Source: Escherichia coli (GTDB lineage: Bacteria > Pseudomonadota > Gammaproteobacteria > Enterobacterales > Enterobacteriaceae). Taken from it: a stretch of 64,000 nt of DNA. How positions within the stretch are numbered: position 1 is the first letter of the stretch; each line of letters opens with the position of its first letter. A model generated the notes under the pieces. That model worked only from the letters and a program-made list of their open reading frames with translations. It did not search any database and had not been told where the DNA came from. The translations under genes and the position numbers were made by a program. Positions 1 to 10,257 of the stretch are shown piece after piece. The stretch lies in NCBI RefSeq assembly GCF_003019035.1, contig NZ_CP027447.1; one strand, given 5' to 3'.

Positions 1-1
1 C

Positions 2-523
2 GTGTTTGAAACCGGCTACAACTGGTCGCTAACCGCCGACCGGCGGGCTTACCGCGTGGGCGATATCCTGACGGTGATCCTCGAAGAATCCACCCAGTCG
101 AGCAAACAGGCGAAAACCAACTTCGGCAAAAGCAACACCGTTGATATCGGCGCGCCGACCATTTTTGGGCACACCAAAGATAAGCTTTCCGGCTCTATCG
201 ACGCCAACCGCGACTTTGACGGCAGCGCCACTTCCCAGCAGCAGAACAGCCTGCGTGGGGAGATCACTGTTTCCGTCCATGCGGTGCAGCCTAACGGTAT
301 TCTCGAAATTCGCGGCGAGAAATGGCTCACCCTCAACCAGGGCGATGAGTACATCCGCTTAAGCGGCCTGGTACGCGCCGACGACATCCAGAACGACAAC
401 TCGGTTTCCTCTCAGCGGATCGCCGATGCCCGCATCTCCTATGCCGGACGCGGCGCGTTAAGCGACGCCAACGCCGCAGGCTGGTTGACGCGGCTGTTTT
501 ACCATCCTCTGTTCCCGATTTAA
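2..523 (+). CDS. lfgH: Flagellar L-ring protein FlgH, lateral (Flag-2) paralogue; 5' end likely outside window
   Basis: ORF begins at window edge; FlgH-like C-terminal region; followed by flgI/J/K/L-like genes in canonical order. Confidence 0.75.
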   Translation: MFETGYNWSLTADRRAYRVGDILTVILEESTQSSKQAKTNFGKSNTVDIGAPTIFGHTKDKLSGSIDANRDFDGSATSQQQNSLRGEITVSVHAVQPNGILEIRGEKWLTLNQGDEYIRLSGLVRADDIQNDNSVSSQRIADARISYAGRGALSDANAAGWLTRLFYHPLFPI

Positions 524-537
524 TGCCGGAGAGTGCA

Positions 538-1638
538 ATGCAAAACTGGATAAAGGCCGCAGCGATCGCTGTAAGTCTGACGCTGCCCGGCGTGGCGCTG
601 GCGCAATCGCTGGAGTCGCTGGTCAACGTACAAGGTGTGCGTGAAAACCAACTGGTCGGCTACAGCCTGGTGGTCGGCCTTGACGGCACGGGTGATAAAA
701 ACCAGGTCAAATTTACCAACCAGACCATCACCAATATGTTGCGCCAGTTTGGCGTGCAACTGCCGAATAAAATCGACCCGAAAGTGAAAAACGTCGCCGC
801 GGTAGCGGTGAGCGCCACGCTGCCGCCGATGTACTCGCGCGGGCAGACCATCGATGTCACTGTTTCGTCGATTGGCGATGCTAAAAGTATTCGTGGCGGC
901 ACTTTGTTGCTGACCCAGTTGCACGGCGCGGATGGCGAAGTTTATGCGCTGGCGCAGGGCAGCGTGGTGGTGGGCGGGATGAATGCCACCGGGGCCAGCG
1001 GTTCGAGCGTAACGGTTAATACGCCAACCGCCGGGTTAATTCCTAACGGCGCAACGGTAGAGCGCGAGATCCCCAGCGATTTTCAGATGGGCGACACTAT
1101 CACCCTCAACCTGAAACGTCCGTCGTTTAAAGATGCCAACAATATTGCGGCGGCGATTAACGCCTCGTTTGGCGGCATTGCTACTGCGCAGAGCTCTACC
1201 AACGTCAGCGTGCGCGCGCCCACCAGCCCCGGCGCGCGGGTGGCATTTATGTCGCAACTGGATGATGTACAGGTGCAGGCAGAGAAAATCCGCGCCCGTG
1301 TGGTGTTTAACTCGCGTACCGGCACGGTGGTGATGGGCGATGGCGTTGCGCTGCACGCGGCGGCGGTGTCGCACGGCAGTTTGACCGTCTCGATTAACGA
1401 AACCAGCAACGTCAGCCAGCCGAATGCCTTTGCGAGTGGGCGCACGACGGTAACGCCGCAGAGCAATATCGCGGTGAATCATGCCCGTCCGGGCGTGGTG
1501 AGTTTGCCGGAGTCGAGCAGCCTGAAAACGCTGGTCAATGCGTTGAACAGTTTGGGCGCGACGCCGGACGACATTATGTCGATTTTACAGGCGCTGCATG
1601 AGGCGGGCGCGCTGGATGCCGACCTGGAGGTGATCTGA
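538..1638 (+). CDS. lfgI: Flagellar P-ring protein FlgI (lateral)
   Basis: ORF-track 523..1638; signal-peptide-like N-terminus ([16 protein letters not shown]); GGAGAG RBS 5 nt before ATG at 538, whereas ATG at 523 overlaps lfgH stop without RBS. Confidence 0.85.
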   Translation: MQNWIKAAAIAVSLTLPGVALAQSLESLVNVQGVRENQLVGYSLVVGLDGTGDKNQVKFTNQTITNMLRQFGVQLPNKIDPKVKNVAAVAVSATLPPMYSRGQTIDVTVSSIGDAKSIRGGTLLLTQLHGADGEVYALAQGSVVVGGMNATGASGSSVTVNTPTAGLIPNGATVEREIPSDFQMGDTITLNLKRPSFKDANNIAAAINASFGGIATAQSSTNVSVRAPTSPGARVAFMSQLDDVQVQAEKIRARVVFNSRTGTVVMGDGVALHAAAVSHGSLTVSINETSNVSQPNAFASGRTTVTPQSNIAVNHARPGVVSLPESSSLKTLVNALNSLGATPDDIMSILQALHEAGALDADLEVI

Positions 1639-1937
1639 TGAAAGTGAACGCCAGCGGCGGGATTGATGGCAGCGATGCGTTAATGGGGCCGAAGGTTCAG
1701 GCCAATGATATTAAGCAGGCCGCGGAGCAGTTTGAGGCGATTTTTTTACGCAACATGCTGAAAGAGATGCGTAAAACCAACGAGTTGTTCGATTCGAAAG
1801 ATAACCCATTTAACAGCGATTCGGTGCGCATGATGCAGGGGTTTTATGACGATGAGTTGTGTAACACCCTGGCGCAGCAGCACGGGATTGGGATTGCGGC
1901 GATGATTGTGAAGCAGTTGTCGCCGAAGGGGAAATGA
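1638..1937 (+). CDS. lfgJ: FlgJ-like rod-binding protein, short form without muramidase domain
   Basis: 99-aa ORF, GGAGGTGA RBS, start overlaps lfgI stop; FlgJ N-domain-like sequence. Confidence 0.7.
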   Translation: MKVNASGGIDGSDALMGPKVQANDIKQAAEQFEAIFLRNMLKEMRKTNELFDSKDNPFNSDSVRMMQGFYDDELCNTLAQQHGIGIAAMIVKQLSPKGK

Positions 1938-1948
1938 GGGGCGCGCTT

Positions 1949-2060
1949 TGCCCCTCACCCTAACCCTCTCCCCAAAGGGGCGAGGGGACCGATTGAGCGC
2001 GGAGGTGAATATGGCGCAGGTTTTCGCCCTCTCCCTGTGGGAGAGGGCCGGGGTGAGGGC
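1949..2060. repeat. GC-rich nested palindromic intergenic element
   Basis: cccctcaccctaaccctctcccc (1951-1973) is mirrored by ccctctccctgtgggagagggccggggtgaggg (2027-2059); perfect hairpin ccctctccc-tgt-gggagaggg; lies between lfgJ stop and lfgK start. Confidence 0.45.
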
Positions 2061-2142
2061 ATCAGCGCGCACCATTATCCACTTAAGAATCCCCATCTTC
2101 ACGCCGCTTTTAACCGGCACGATTTACCGGTAAGGATCCAAC

Positions 2143-3519
2143 ATGGACATGATTAACATCGGCTACAGCGGCGCATCAACCGCGCAGGTAGAGCTGAACG
2201 TCACGGCGCAAAACACCGCCAACGCCATGACCACGGGCTACACCCGTCAGGTGGCGGAGATCAGCACCATCGGCGCCAGCGGTGGTTCGCCGAACAGCGC
2301 CGGTAACGGCGTGCAGGTCGACAGCATTCGCCGCGTCTCTAACCAGTATCAGGTGAATCAGGTGTGGTATGCCGCCAGCGATTACGGCTATTACAGCACC
2401 CAGCAGGGGTATCTCACGCAACTGGAAGCGGTACTGAGCGACGATAACAGCAGCCTGAGCGGCGGCTTCGATAACTTCTTCGCCGCCCTTAACGAAGCGA
2501 CCACCAGCCCCGATGATTCCGCCCTGCGCGAACAGGTGATCAGCGAAGCCGGGGCGCTGTCGTTGCGTATCGACAACACGCTGGATTACATCGACTCGCA
2601 AAGCACGGAAATCATCAGCCAGCAGCAGGCGATGGTGTCGCAAATCAACACGCTCACCAGCGGTATCGCCAGCTATAACCAGCAAATCGCCCAGGCTGAA
2701 GCCAACGGTGATAATGCCTCCGCGCTGTATGACGCCCGTGACCAGATGGTGGAAGAGCTTAGCGGGATGATGGATGTGCAGGTCAATATCGACGACCAGG
2801 GCAACTACAACGTCACCCTGAAAAACGGTCAGCCGCTGGTGAGCGGGCAACAAAGCTCGACCATCGCGCTGGAAACCAACGCCGACGGTACGCCGACCAT
2901 GTCGCTGACGTTCGCTGGCACCACCTCGACGATGACTACCGACACCGGCGGTTCATTAGGCGCACTGTTTGATTATCAAAACGACGTGCTGACGCCGCTG
3001 ACCGACACCATCAACAGCATGGCGTCGCAGTTTGCCGATGCGGTCAACAATCAACTGGTGCAGGGCTACGATCTCAACGGTAACCCCGGCGAGCCGCTGT
3101 TTATTTACGATGCCAGCAATGCCGATGGCCCGCTGACCGTTAACCCGGATATCACCGCCGATGAACTGGCGTTCTCCAGTTCGCCGGATGAAAGCGGCAA
3201 CAGCGACAACCTCCAGGCGCTGATCAATATCTCCACCGAACCGCTGGAGATAGCCAACCTTGGCAGCGTGACGGTCGGGCAGGCGTGCTCGTCAATCATC
3301 AGCAATATCGGCATTTACAGTCAGCAAAATCAGACGGAAGTCGATGCCGCGTCCAATGTCTATTCCGCAGCGCAAAACCAGCAGAGTAGCGTCAGCGGCG
3401 TCAGCATGGACGAAGAAGCGGTGAACCTGATCACCTATCAACAAATTTATGAAGCTAATCTGAAAGTCATTTCCGCCGGGGCCGAGATTTTCGATTCGGT
3501 GCTGGAAATGTGCAGCTAA
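2143..3519 (+). CDS. lfgK: Flagellar hook-associated protein 1 FlgK (lateral)
   Basis: 458-aa ORF; FlgK-like conserved N- and C-terminal helical ends (C-terminus ...EEAVNLITYQQIYEANLKVISAGAEIFDSVL). Confidence 0.85.
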   Translation: MDMINIGYSGASTAQVELNVTAQNTANAMTTGYTRQVAEISTIGASGGSPNSAGNGVQVDSIRRVSNQYQVNQVWYAASDYGYYSTQQGYLTQLEAVLSDDNSSLSGGFDNFFAALNEATTSPDDSALREQVISEAGALSLRIDNTLDYIDSQSTEIISQQQAMVSQINTLTSGIASYNQQIAQAEANGDNASALYDARDQMVEELSGMMDVQVNIDDQGNYNVTLKNGQPLVSGQQSSTIALETNADGTPTMSLTFAGTTSTMTTDTGGSLGALFDYQNDVLTPLTDTINSMASQFADAVNNQLVQGYDLNGNPGEPLFIYDASNADGPLTVNPDITADELAFSSSPDESGNSDNLQALINISTEPLEIANLGSVTVGQACSSIISNIGIYSQQNQTEVDAASNVYSAAQNQQSSVSGVSMDEEAVNLITYQQIYEANLKVISAGAEIFDSVLEMCS

Positions 3520-3533
3520 GCGGGAGCGCGAAA

Positions 3534-4463
3534 ATGCGAGTAACCACCCAACAAACCTACGTCTCGATGACGCAAAGTTTTAATAATCTCTCCGGCTCTC
3601 TGGCGCATGTGGTCGAGCAGATGGCAACCGGCAAGGAAATTTTGCAGCCGTCGGATGACCCGATCGCCGCCACGCGTATCACCCAGTTGAACCGCCAGCA
3701 GTCGGCGATTGAGCAGTATCAAAGCAATATTGACTCTGCGTCGGCGGGGTTAAGCCAGCAGGAGTCGATTCTCGATGGCGTCAACAACAGCCTGCTGGCG
3801 GTGCGCGACGACCTGCTGGAAGCGGCGAACGGCACCAATACCGCTGATTCGCTCGCAAGCCTCGGGCAGGATATTCAGTCGCTCACCGAATCGATGGTGG
3901 CGGCGCTCAATTATCAGGACGAAGACGGGCATTACGTGTTTGGCGGTACCATCAACGATCAGCCGCCGATTGTGGCGGTGGACGATGATGGCGATGGCGT
4001 GACCGACAGCTATAGCTATCAGGGCAACAGCGACCACCGCCAGACCACGGTGTCGAACGGCGTGGAAGTGGATACCAACGTGGCGGCGAGCGATTTCTTC
4101 GGCAGCAATTTAGATGTGCTCAACACGCTCAATTCGCTCTCTCAGGAGTTGCAAGACCCAAACGTTGACCCGGCCGATCCGCAGGTGCAGAGCGATATTC
4201 AGAACGCCGTTGATGTGGTGGACACCGCTTCGGACGATCTCAACGCCTCGATTGCGTCGCTTGGCGAGACGCAGAACACCATGTCGATGCTGAGCGATGC
4301 GCAGACCGATATTTCTACCTCTAATGATGAGTTGATTGGTTCTTTACAGGATCTCGATTACGGCCCGGCGTCGATCACCTTTACCGGACTGGAAGTGGCA
4401 ATGGAAGCTACCCTCAAGACTTACTCGAAAGTGAGTGAGTTGAATTTATTCAGCGTTCTCTAA
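3534..4463 (+). CDS. lfgL: Flagellar hook-associated protein 3 FlgL (lateral)
   Basis: ORF-track 3510..4463; ATG at 3534 (MRVTTQQ...) is the likely start; flagellin-like N-terminus typical of FlgL. Confidence 0.8.
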   Translation: MRVTTQQTYVSMTQSFNNLSGSLAHVVEQMATGKEILQPSDDPIAATRITQLNRQQSAIEQYQSNIDSASAGLSQQESILDGVNNSLLAVRDDLLEAANGTNTADSLASLGQDIQSLTESMVAALNYQDEDGHYVFGGTINDQPPIVAVDDDGDGVTDSYSYQGNSDHRQTTVSNGVEVDTNVAASDFFGSNLDVLNTLNSLSQELQDPNVDPADPQVQSDIQNAVDVVDTASDDLNASIASLGETQNTMSMLSDAQTDISTSNDELIGSLQDLDYGPASITFTGLEVAMEATLKTYSKVSELNLFSVL

Positions 4464-4479
4464 CTCTTTCAGGAACCGT

Positions 4480-5457
4480 ATGCAGGTCGGACTTACTTCT
4501 TCGTCACTCACCACCGGCGGCGCGCATAGCGCTGCGGTATCGTCGTCAACCGTTGCGCCCACTCAGGCGGTGCGGCAAAAACTCCCGGCGACGGCGAGTG
4601 AATATCCGGCCTCGCCGCTGATTACCACTCGCCCGCAGCGTTACAGTGTGCAGCTTAACGATCAGCTCACCACGTTGCAGCAGGCGGATCACTATCTCGG
4701 GCAACTGGAACAGCAGTTGCTCGATTACCGTCACAGCCAGCGTAAGGGCGGGCAGGCGCAGAGTTCAGCGCTGATGCAGATGCTGGACAAACGCACCGCG
4801 CTTTCCGGCGGCGCGGTGGACCGCCAGTTGCAGCCAGTGTTGCAGGGGGAAGCGCGGGTGACTTTTCACTCGCCGGATCTGACGAATCTGGTACACAATC
4901 CCACGCCGGGAACGCGCATGTTCAGTGTCACTGGCGGGCGGCAGACCCAGCTTTCGGCGGTGATGCTGTCTGAGGATGACAGCGCCGCGCAGTATCAGAC
5001 GCGGCTGACCAACGCTCTGCGCCGCGTGGGTGTGCAACTGCATCAGCAAGCGGACGGCATCAGCTTCTCCACCACTGAAAAACAGTGGCCCCATATCGAG
5101 CGCACCTTAAGCGTGCGCACCGATGGCGATAAGTCGGCGTTTATGCCGCTGAAAACCTTTGCCGAACCGTCACAGGCGGACCGCTTAGCGCAAAGCCTGC
5201 AACAAGGCGGGGCGGGAATTTCTCAAATGCTGGAAAACATTAATCAGCAGCGCGCGCAAATGGCGGTGCAGCAGGAAAAAGCGCGGCAGTTGATCGACGG
5301 CATGTCCCGCTTCCCGCAAACGGAAAGCGCCGTGCAGGCGTCGGAAAATCTCGGCGGCGTGCTGGATAGCGCCAATCATAACTATCAAGTTTTATTGCAG
5401 GCGGTGAACGGTCAGGCACGGATTTCCAGCCAGACGGTGAGGAGTTTATTGGGGTAG
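4480..5457 (+). CDS. lafW: Hypothetical lateral-flagellar protein (LafW position)
   Basis: 325-aa ORF with AGGAA RBS; position between lfgL and lafZ; no recognisable domain. Confidence 0.5.
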   Translation: MQVGLTSSSLTTGGAHSAAVSSSTVAPTQAVRQKLPATASEYPASPLITTRPQRYSVQLNDQLTTLQQADHYLGQLEQQLLDYRHSQRKGGQAQSSALMQMLDKRTALSGGAVDRQLQPVLQGEARVTFHSPDLTNLVHNPTPGTRMFSVTGGRQTQLSAVMLSEDDSAAQYQTRLTNALRRVGVQLHQQADGISFSTTEKQWPHIERTLSVRTDGDKSAFMPLKTFAEPSQADRLAQSLQQGGAGISQMLENINQQRAQMAVQQEKARQLIDGMSRFPQTESAVQASENLGGVLDSANHNYQVLLQAVNGQARISSQTVRSLLG

Positions 5458-5547
5458 TGTTATTGAAAATCAATCAAATGAGGCTGTTGTAAAAAATCAT
5501 TTCAGTGCAGAATATGCTATAACTCTACGGGTTAAAAAAGGAATGAA

Positions 5548-5691
5548 ATGACCACTCTCAAGCAACTGATGGATAAGCAAAGCCCTGAAAGTCGTAGGCG
5601 AATAATAAAAAAAGCAGAACGAATCCGGCAAACTATCATTAATAAAAAGCTAGAGTTACCAATAACTAAAACTATCAGCAATTCCGATTGA
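5548..5691 (+). CDS. Possible small ORF (47 aa), hypothetical
   Basis: ATG at 5548 preceded by AAGGAA; reads MTTLKQLMDKQSPESRRRIIKKAERIRQTIINKKLELPITKTISNSD; below ORF-track size cutoff; AT-rich intergenic context. Confidence 0.2.
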   Translation: MTTLKQLMDKQSPESRRRIIKKAERIRQTIINKKLELPITKTISNSD

Positions 5692-5760
5692 TTTCATTCG
5701 GGATTTTCGTTGGCCGGATAAGACGCGTTTAGCGTCGCATCCGGCATATATTGGCACTCG

Positions 5761-6654
5761 TCAGCATTTCTGCACAGTATTTAACAACTTCTCTAAATTC
5801 TGATACATCGCGCGATTAATATCGCTGTTCTGCCAGCCTTCCACATTAAAAGTTAATTGCCAGCTACCATTGCACTGGTTGCGCAGAACAATATCACTTT
5901 CCAGTCGGTTACGAACATATTTATAATAAGTTGTCATTGTCATATTATGCGCTGACAATAAATTATCGAGTTTGTCTTTTCCTGGTTCGAGGGTTTGTGA
6001 CAGTAACGGTACGGAATTATTTTCCTTTCCAGAACTAAGATGAAATATTTTTATTCTTGGACTGTTAATTGACTCTTTTACCAGTTGCGGGGCGTCAGGT
6101 GTACTTTTCAAGTGTGAATACCCCACGGTCGAGCCAATAAATATAACAGCCGCGGTCAACGCTAACCCCATCAGTCCTTTATGTTTTTTTCTAACTGGTA
6201 CAGGCGGTGTTGTCGAAGATATCTCTTCTGACACAGTTTCCTGTACCTGGTCGGTAATCATCAGCTTTTCCGCAGGCGATAACTCCGGCAAAGACACATA
6301 CTCTTTATTGCACAAGTAACCTTTCTTCGGAATTGTTTTAATAATGTTCTGTTGTTTGCCATCATCGTCGATAGCAACGCGTAACGCATGGATCGCCGTC
6401 GGCAGGCTGTTACCGCCGACTATGCGGTTCTTCCATACTTCGGCACATAAATAAGATCGCGATAAAACCACATCGGCATTTTTTGCTAATGTTTCCAGCA
6501 AAATAAAATGGTATTCGCCGAGACGACGTGTTTCACCCGTTTCGCAATGTATTAAGGCATTAAGCGACGGGTCCATCCGCCAGTTGTTGATAATAATACT
6601 CATAGTTGAGTTTACCTTAGCAAGGGATAAATGTTTCCTGATAGTGCTTTGCAT
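5761..6654 (-). CDS. lafZ: Transmembrane transcriptional regulator (ToxR/CadC-like winged-helix N-domain plus one TM helix), LafZ position
   Basis: 297-aa ORF; OmpR/PhoB-type winged-helix-like N-terminus; hydrophobic segment LMGLALTAAVIFIGSTVGY mid-protein; AT-rich gene. Confidence 0.55.
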   Translation of the reverse strand: MQSTIRKHLSLAKVNSTMSIIINNWRMDPSLNALIHCETGETRRLGEYHFILLETLAKNADVVLSRSYLCAEVWKNRIVGGNSLPTAIHALRVAIDDDGKQQNIIKTIPKKGYLCNKEYVSLPELSPAEKLMITDQVQETVSEEISSTTPPVPVRKKHKGLMGLALTAAVIFIGSTVGYSHLKSTPDAPQLVKESINSPRIKIFHLSSGKENNSVPLLSQTLEPGKDKLDNLLSAHNMTMTTYYKYVRNRLESDIVLRNQCNGSWQLTFNVEGWQNSDINRAMYQNLEKLLNTVQKC

Positions 6655-7089
6655 AAAGCACAGTCTTATACGTCCCTGAGAAGATGATTTTTCTGCGTGA
6701 TAATTAATATTTTATGGTAATAGGATTATTCTTAATCACTATATGGCGTGGAAATGTAACGAAATGACAGGACAGGTACAATAGCCAAATGTGTACTATT
6801 TGCAACGCAATGTAAATTTTGGCATCAGTACATTGAGAACAAAACGCGATAATTGATGACAATCTTAACTATATCAAGCATTTGATAAAGACATATTTTG
6901 ATACCTGGCCATGTGGCAGATATTGCTAATAATCTTTTTATCTGAATTTAAACTCTGCTTTTTTTTAGCTAAAAGTGGCATCGGATAATACGTGGCGAAA
7001 AAATTTTAACGGCGATTTTAAGTTTGCTCCTGAGGTGTCGTTTTTACAGGGTATCGAAACGAAAACGATTAATCCCAAGGAGCAGTATC

Positions 7090-8004
7090 ATGTTATCTAT
7101 TAACACCAATAACGCCTCAATGGCCGCCGTTAATGCAATCAGCAAAAGCAGCTCTTCTCTGTCTACATCTATGGAACGCCTGGCAACGGGTAACCGGATT
7201 AACTCTTCTGCCGATGACGCAGCGGGCAAACAAATTGCTAACCGTCTGACAGCACAGTCCAGCGGTATGGGTGTGGCGCTGAGCAACATCAATGATGCCA
7301 CCGCGATGCTGCAAACCGCCGACAGCATGTTCGACGAAATGTCTGATGTGCTGGGTCGTATGAAAGACCTGTCAACTCAGGCAGCGAACGGCACCTACAG
7401 CGACGACGATCTACAGGCGATGCAGGACGAATACGACGAACTGGGTCAGCAGATGTCTGACATGCTGCAAAACACCACTTACGGCGGCACCAACCTGTTC
7501 GGTGTTTCCGGTACCAGCAACACCGGTACTGACGGTCTGTTCCAGAGCGCAGTAACTTTCCAGGTGGGCGCGGAATCTTCCGACACCATGACCGTGAATA
7601 TTTCAAGCCAGCTGAATACCCTGGTGACGGATCTTTCTGCTATCAGCAACTCCTTCAGTGCGGATCAGGCTGACACCACTGGCACCGCAGGCGTTTCTGG
7701 CGGTACTGAGCTGACTGCGTCTGGCTCGGCTAACCAGATGATTACCAGCATTTCGACCGCGATGGATGATGTTTCGCAGATCCAATCCAAGCTGGGTGCG
7801 TCTATTAACCGTCTGAACGACACTGCCAACAACCTGACCAGCATGCAGGACAACACCGAAGTCGCTATCGGTAACATTATGGATACCGACTACGCGACGG
7901 AAGCGTCCAACATGACTAAACAGCAGGTGCTGATGCAGACCGGCATCACCATGCTGAAACAGTCCAACAGCATGTCCAGCATGGTTTCCAGCCTGCTGCA
8001 GTAA
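7090..8004 (+). CDS. lafA: Lateral flagellin
   Basis: ORF-track 7024..8004; ATG at 7090 preceded by AAGGAG RBS; flagellin N-terminus MLSINTNNASMAAVNAI and C-terminus ...MSSMVSSLLQ. Confidence 0.85.
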   Translation: MLSINTNNASMAAVNAISKSSSSLSTSMERLATGNRINSSADDAAGKQIANRLTAQSSGMGVALSNINDATAMLQTADSMFDEMSDVLGRMKDLSTQAANGTYSDDDLQAMQDEYDELGQQMSDMLQNTTYGGTNLFGVSGTSNTGTDGLFQSAVTFQVGAESSDTMTVNISSQLNTLVTDLSAISNSFSADQADTTGTAGVSGGTELTASGSANQMITSISTAMDDVSQIQSKLGASINRLNDTANNLTSMQDNTEVAIGNIMDTDYATEASNMTKQQVLMQTGITMLKQSNSMSSMVSSLLQ

Positions 8005-8014
8005 TGGCGGACTT

Positions 8015-8045
<31 letters not shown>

Positions 8046-8052
8046 ACGAACA

Positions 8053-8080
8053 ACACCGCCTGCGGGCGGTGTTGTGCTTT
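8053..8080 (+). terminator. Rho-independent terminator after lafA
   Basis: acaccgcc-tgcg-ggcggtgt hairpin followed by T-rich tract (tgctttct). Confidence 0.5.
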
Positions 8081-8152
8081 CTGCGGCAGGCGTATTTCCG
8101 CCAGACCGGAAATGGCTTTTCCGCCTGTTTTTCAATCTATTGATTCTTCACA

Positions 8153-8183
8153 TAAAAAATATTGGCACGCCTTTTGCCAATAA
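8153..8183 (+). promoter_or_regulatory. Candidate sigma-28-type promoter upstream of lafB
   Basis: GCCAATAA (8176-8183) is one mismatch from the sigma-28 -10 consensus GCCGATAA; upstream TAAA at 8153 but spacing is longer than consensus. Confidence 0.25.
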
Positions 8184-8209
8184 CCTGACATCGTTATCCG
8201 GAGTCATCA

Positions 8210-9526
8210 ATGATCAACCCAAGAACCATTGCGCAAGAAATCGCCTATGCGGATGTTGCCACTCAGGCGGCAAACTTGCAGGAGAAGCAGAGCGAGCTGG
8301 ATGCTGAAAGCAGCGGCCTGGACTCGCTCAGCTCAGCGTTGAGCGATTTTCAGAGCGCCGTTGACGCGCTGAACAGCGATACTGACGGCCCGGTGACGTT
8401 TGCCGCCACCAGCAATAATGACTCGGCGACCGTTTCCGCTAACTCGCAGGCACAGGCGGGAAGCTACTCGTTTTTCGTTGAGCAACTGGCGCAGGGGCAG
8501 CAAACCACGTTCAGTATGGGCGACGACGCCTTTTCCGCCACCGGCACTTTTGAACTGACGATGGGCGACAGCACCATGGATATTGATCTGTCGGCGGCGG
8601 ATCAAAACGGTGACGGCGACGGTTTTATCGACGCCAGTGAACTGGTGAATGCGATTAACGACTCTGATGACAATCCGGGCGTGTCGGCGGCACTGGTAAA
8701 AACCGACGGCACCACCACCATTATGCTCACCTCCGATAGCACCGGGGCGCAGAGCGCATTTTCGGTGAGCGTAACGGGGCATGACACCAGCAACGATAGC
8801 GCCAGCGCGCCCGTTGCCACGGATGTTTCCTCCGCTCAGGACGCGATTATTCATCTCGGCAGTGCCACAGGGCCTGAGATCACCAACAGCAGCAATACGT
8901 TTGATGATGTGATCCCCGGTGTCACCATGACTTTCACCGAAGTCAGCGATTCTGACAGCGACCTCACTACCTTTAACATTAGCGAAGATTCCAGCGCCAG
9001 CCAGGAGAAAGTGCAGACCTTTGTCGATGCCTATAACACCCTGATCGATACGGTTGATTCGCTAACCACCCACGGTGATGACAGTACCAGCGCCGGGGTA
9101 TTTGCAGGCGACGCAGGACTCAGTTCACTGGCGAACCAGCTCGATGATATCGCCCATGCCAGCTACAACGGGGTATCGATTGTTGACTATGGCATCACGC
9201 TTGATTCTCACGGCCACTTACAGATTGACTCCGACCAGTTCAACGACGAAATGGCGAAAAATCCTGACGGTCTGACCTCTATTTTCGTTGGCGACAACAG
9301 CATGGTGGCACAGATGGACGACCTGATTAACACCTACACGGACTCCAGCAACGGCATCATCACCCTGCGCCAGCAGAACATTGACGATCAGATGAGCAAA
9401 ATTCAGGACGAAGGCGATCAGCTTACTGATACCTATAACGCCAACTACGACCGTTATCTCGAGGAGTACACCAACACGCTGGTCGAGGTGTACACCATGA
9501 AAGCCAGCATGGCGGCATTCGCGTAA
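8210..9526 (+). CDS. lafB: Flagellar filament cap protein FliD-like (lateral HAP2)
   Basis: 438-aa ORF; FliD-like N- and C-terminal regions; follows the flagellin gene. Confidence 0.8.
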   Translation: MINPRTIAQEIAYADVATQAANLQEKQSELDAESSGLDSLSSALSDFQSAVDALNSDTDGPVTFAATSNNDSATVSANSQAQAGSYSFFVEQLAQGQQTTFSMGDDAFSATGTFELTMGDSTMDIDLSAADQNGDGDGFIDASELVNAINDSDDNPGVSAALVKTDGTTTIMLTSDSTGAQSAFSVSVTGHDTSNDSASAPVATDVSSAQDAIIHLGSATGPEITNSSNTFDDVIPGVTMTFTEVSDSDSDLTTFNISEDSSASQEKVQTFVDAYNTLIDTVDSLTTHGDDSTSAGVFAGDAGLSSLANQLDDIAHASYNGVSIVDYGITLDSHGHLQIDSDQFNDEMAKNPDGLTSIFVGDNSMVAQMDDLINTYTDSSNGIITLRQQNIDDQMSKIQDEGDQLTDTYNANYDRYLEEYTNTLVEVYTMKASMAAFA

Positions 9527-9548
9527 CTCAGAAGGAATATCCCTAAAG

Positions 9549-9941
9549 ATGTACCAAGTACAGGACGGCTATTCGCAATATAAAGAGATCGATCTCGCGG
9601 CGCGTACTGCGGCGGCATCGCCTCTGGAACTGGTGCTGGTGCTGTTTTCTGGTCTGATGGACGAGCTGGAACGCGCCAAAAGCCATATTGAAGGGCGGCG
9701 TTTCGAGAAGAAAGCCCAGAGCATCAATAAATGCATCGACATTCTCAATGCGCTCACCAGTTCGCTGGAGTTTGAAACTGGCGGCGAGCTGGTGGTCAAC
9801 CTTTCGCGCCTCTATGACCACTGTGTGTATCGCTTGTATGAGGCTAGCGGCGAACTGTCGGCAGAGAAAATCGATGAAGTGATGCTGATCTTAAGCAACC
9901 TGCGTGAAGGCTGGGAAGGGCTTTCGGGCAAGCTGGGTTAA
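9549..9941 (+). CDS. lafC: Flagellar export chaperone FliS-like
   Basis: 130-aa ORF; FliS-like sequence; canonical position after fliD-like gene. Confidence 0.75.
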   Translation: MYQVQDGYSQYKEIDLAARTAAASPLELVLVLFSGLMDELERAKSHIEGRRFEKKAQSINKCIDILNALTSSLEFETGGELVVNLSRLYDHCVYRLYEASGELSAEKIDEVMLILSNLREGWEGLSGKLG

Positions 9942-9945
9942 GACG

Positions 9946-10257
9946 ATGGAAAAACAACGCAGGCAACTTTTCGCGCTGGTTGAAGCGATGAACGAAGCCC
10001 TCGACAAGCAACGCTGGCGACGCCTTCCGGCACTGCATCAGCAGTTGATGCGCCAGTTTCACGATTACGTGGCGGCGGAAACCGACGCGGCGCAGTTGTG
10101 TGCGGTGAAGGCGCAGCTGTACGGCGCGTTTAATGCCCTGATTAAACGGCGCGAGCAGCGTGCAGAAGTGTTGACGGCGCGTATGGAACAGCATCAGCGG
10201 CATCAGGAAGGCGTACTGGCCTACTCAATTGTTAATTTACTTTCGGAGAAGTCATGA
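9946..10257 (+). CDS. lafD: FliT-like chaperone / LafD
   Basis: ORF-track 9904..10257; ATG at 9946 follows lafC stop; small helical protein at FliT position. Confidence 0.45.
   Translation: MEKQRRQLFALVEAMNEALDKQRWRRLPALHQQLMRQFHDYVAAETDAAQLCAVKAQLYGAFNALIKRREQRAEVLTARMEQHQRHQEGVLAYSIVNLLSEKS

Noticed and set aside
1948-2133. 61-aa ORF on the plus strand
   Set aside because: Lies entirely within the GC-rich palindromic repeat; its sequence (PLTLTLSPKGRGD...) is what such repeats translate to; no RBS.
2176-2853. 225-aa antisense ORF inside lfgK
   Set aside because: Fully embedded antisense to a well-supported gene; Arg/Gly/Val-rich composition typical of high-GC antisense frames. The same reasoning applies to other embedded track ORFs such as 18893..19558, 46432..47007, 49669..50109 and 50913..51503.
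6960-7089. Sigma-28 promoter upstream of lafA
   Set aside because: A TCGGATAA -10-like motif exists (6981-6988) but the nearest TAAA is only 11 nt upstream, which is incompatible with consensus spacing.
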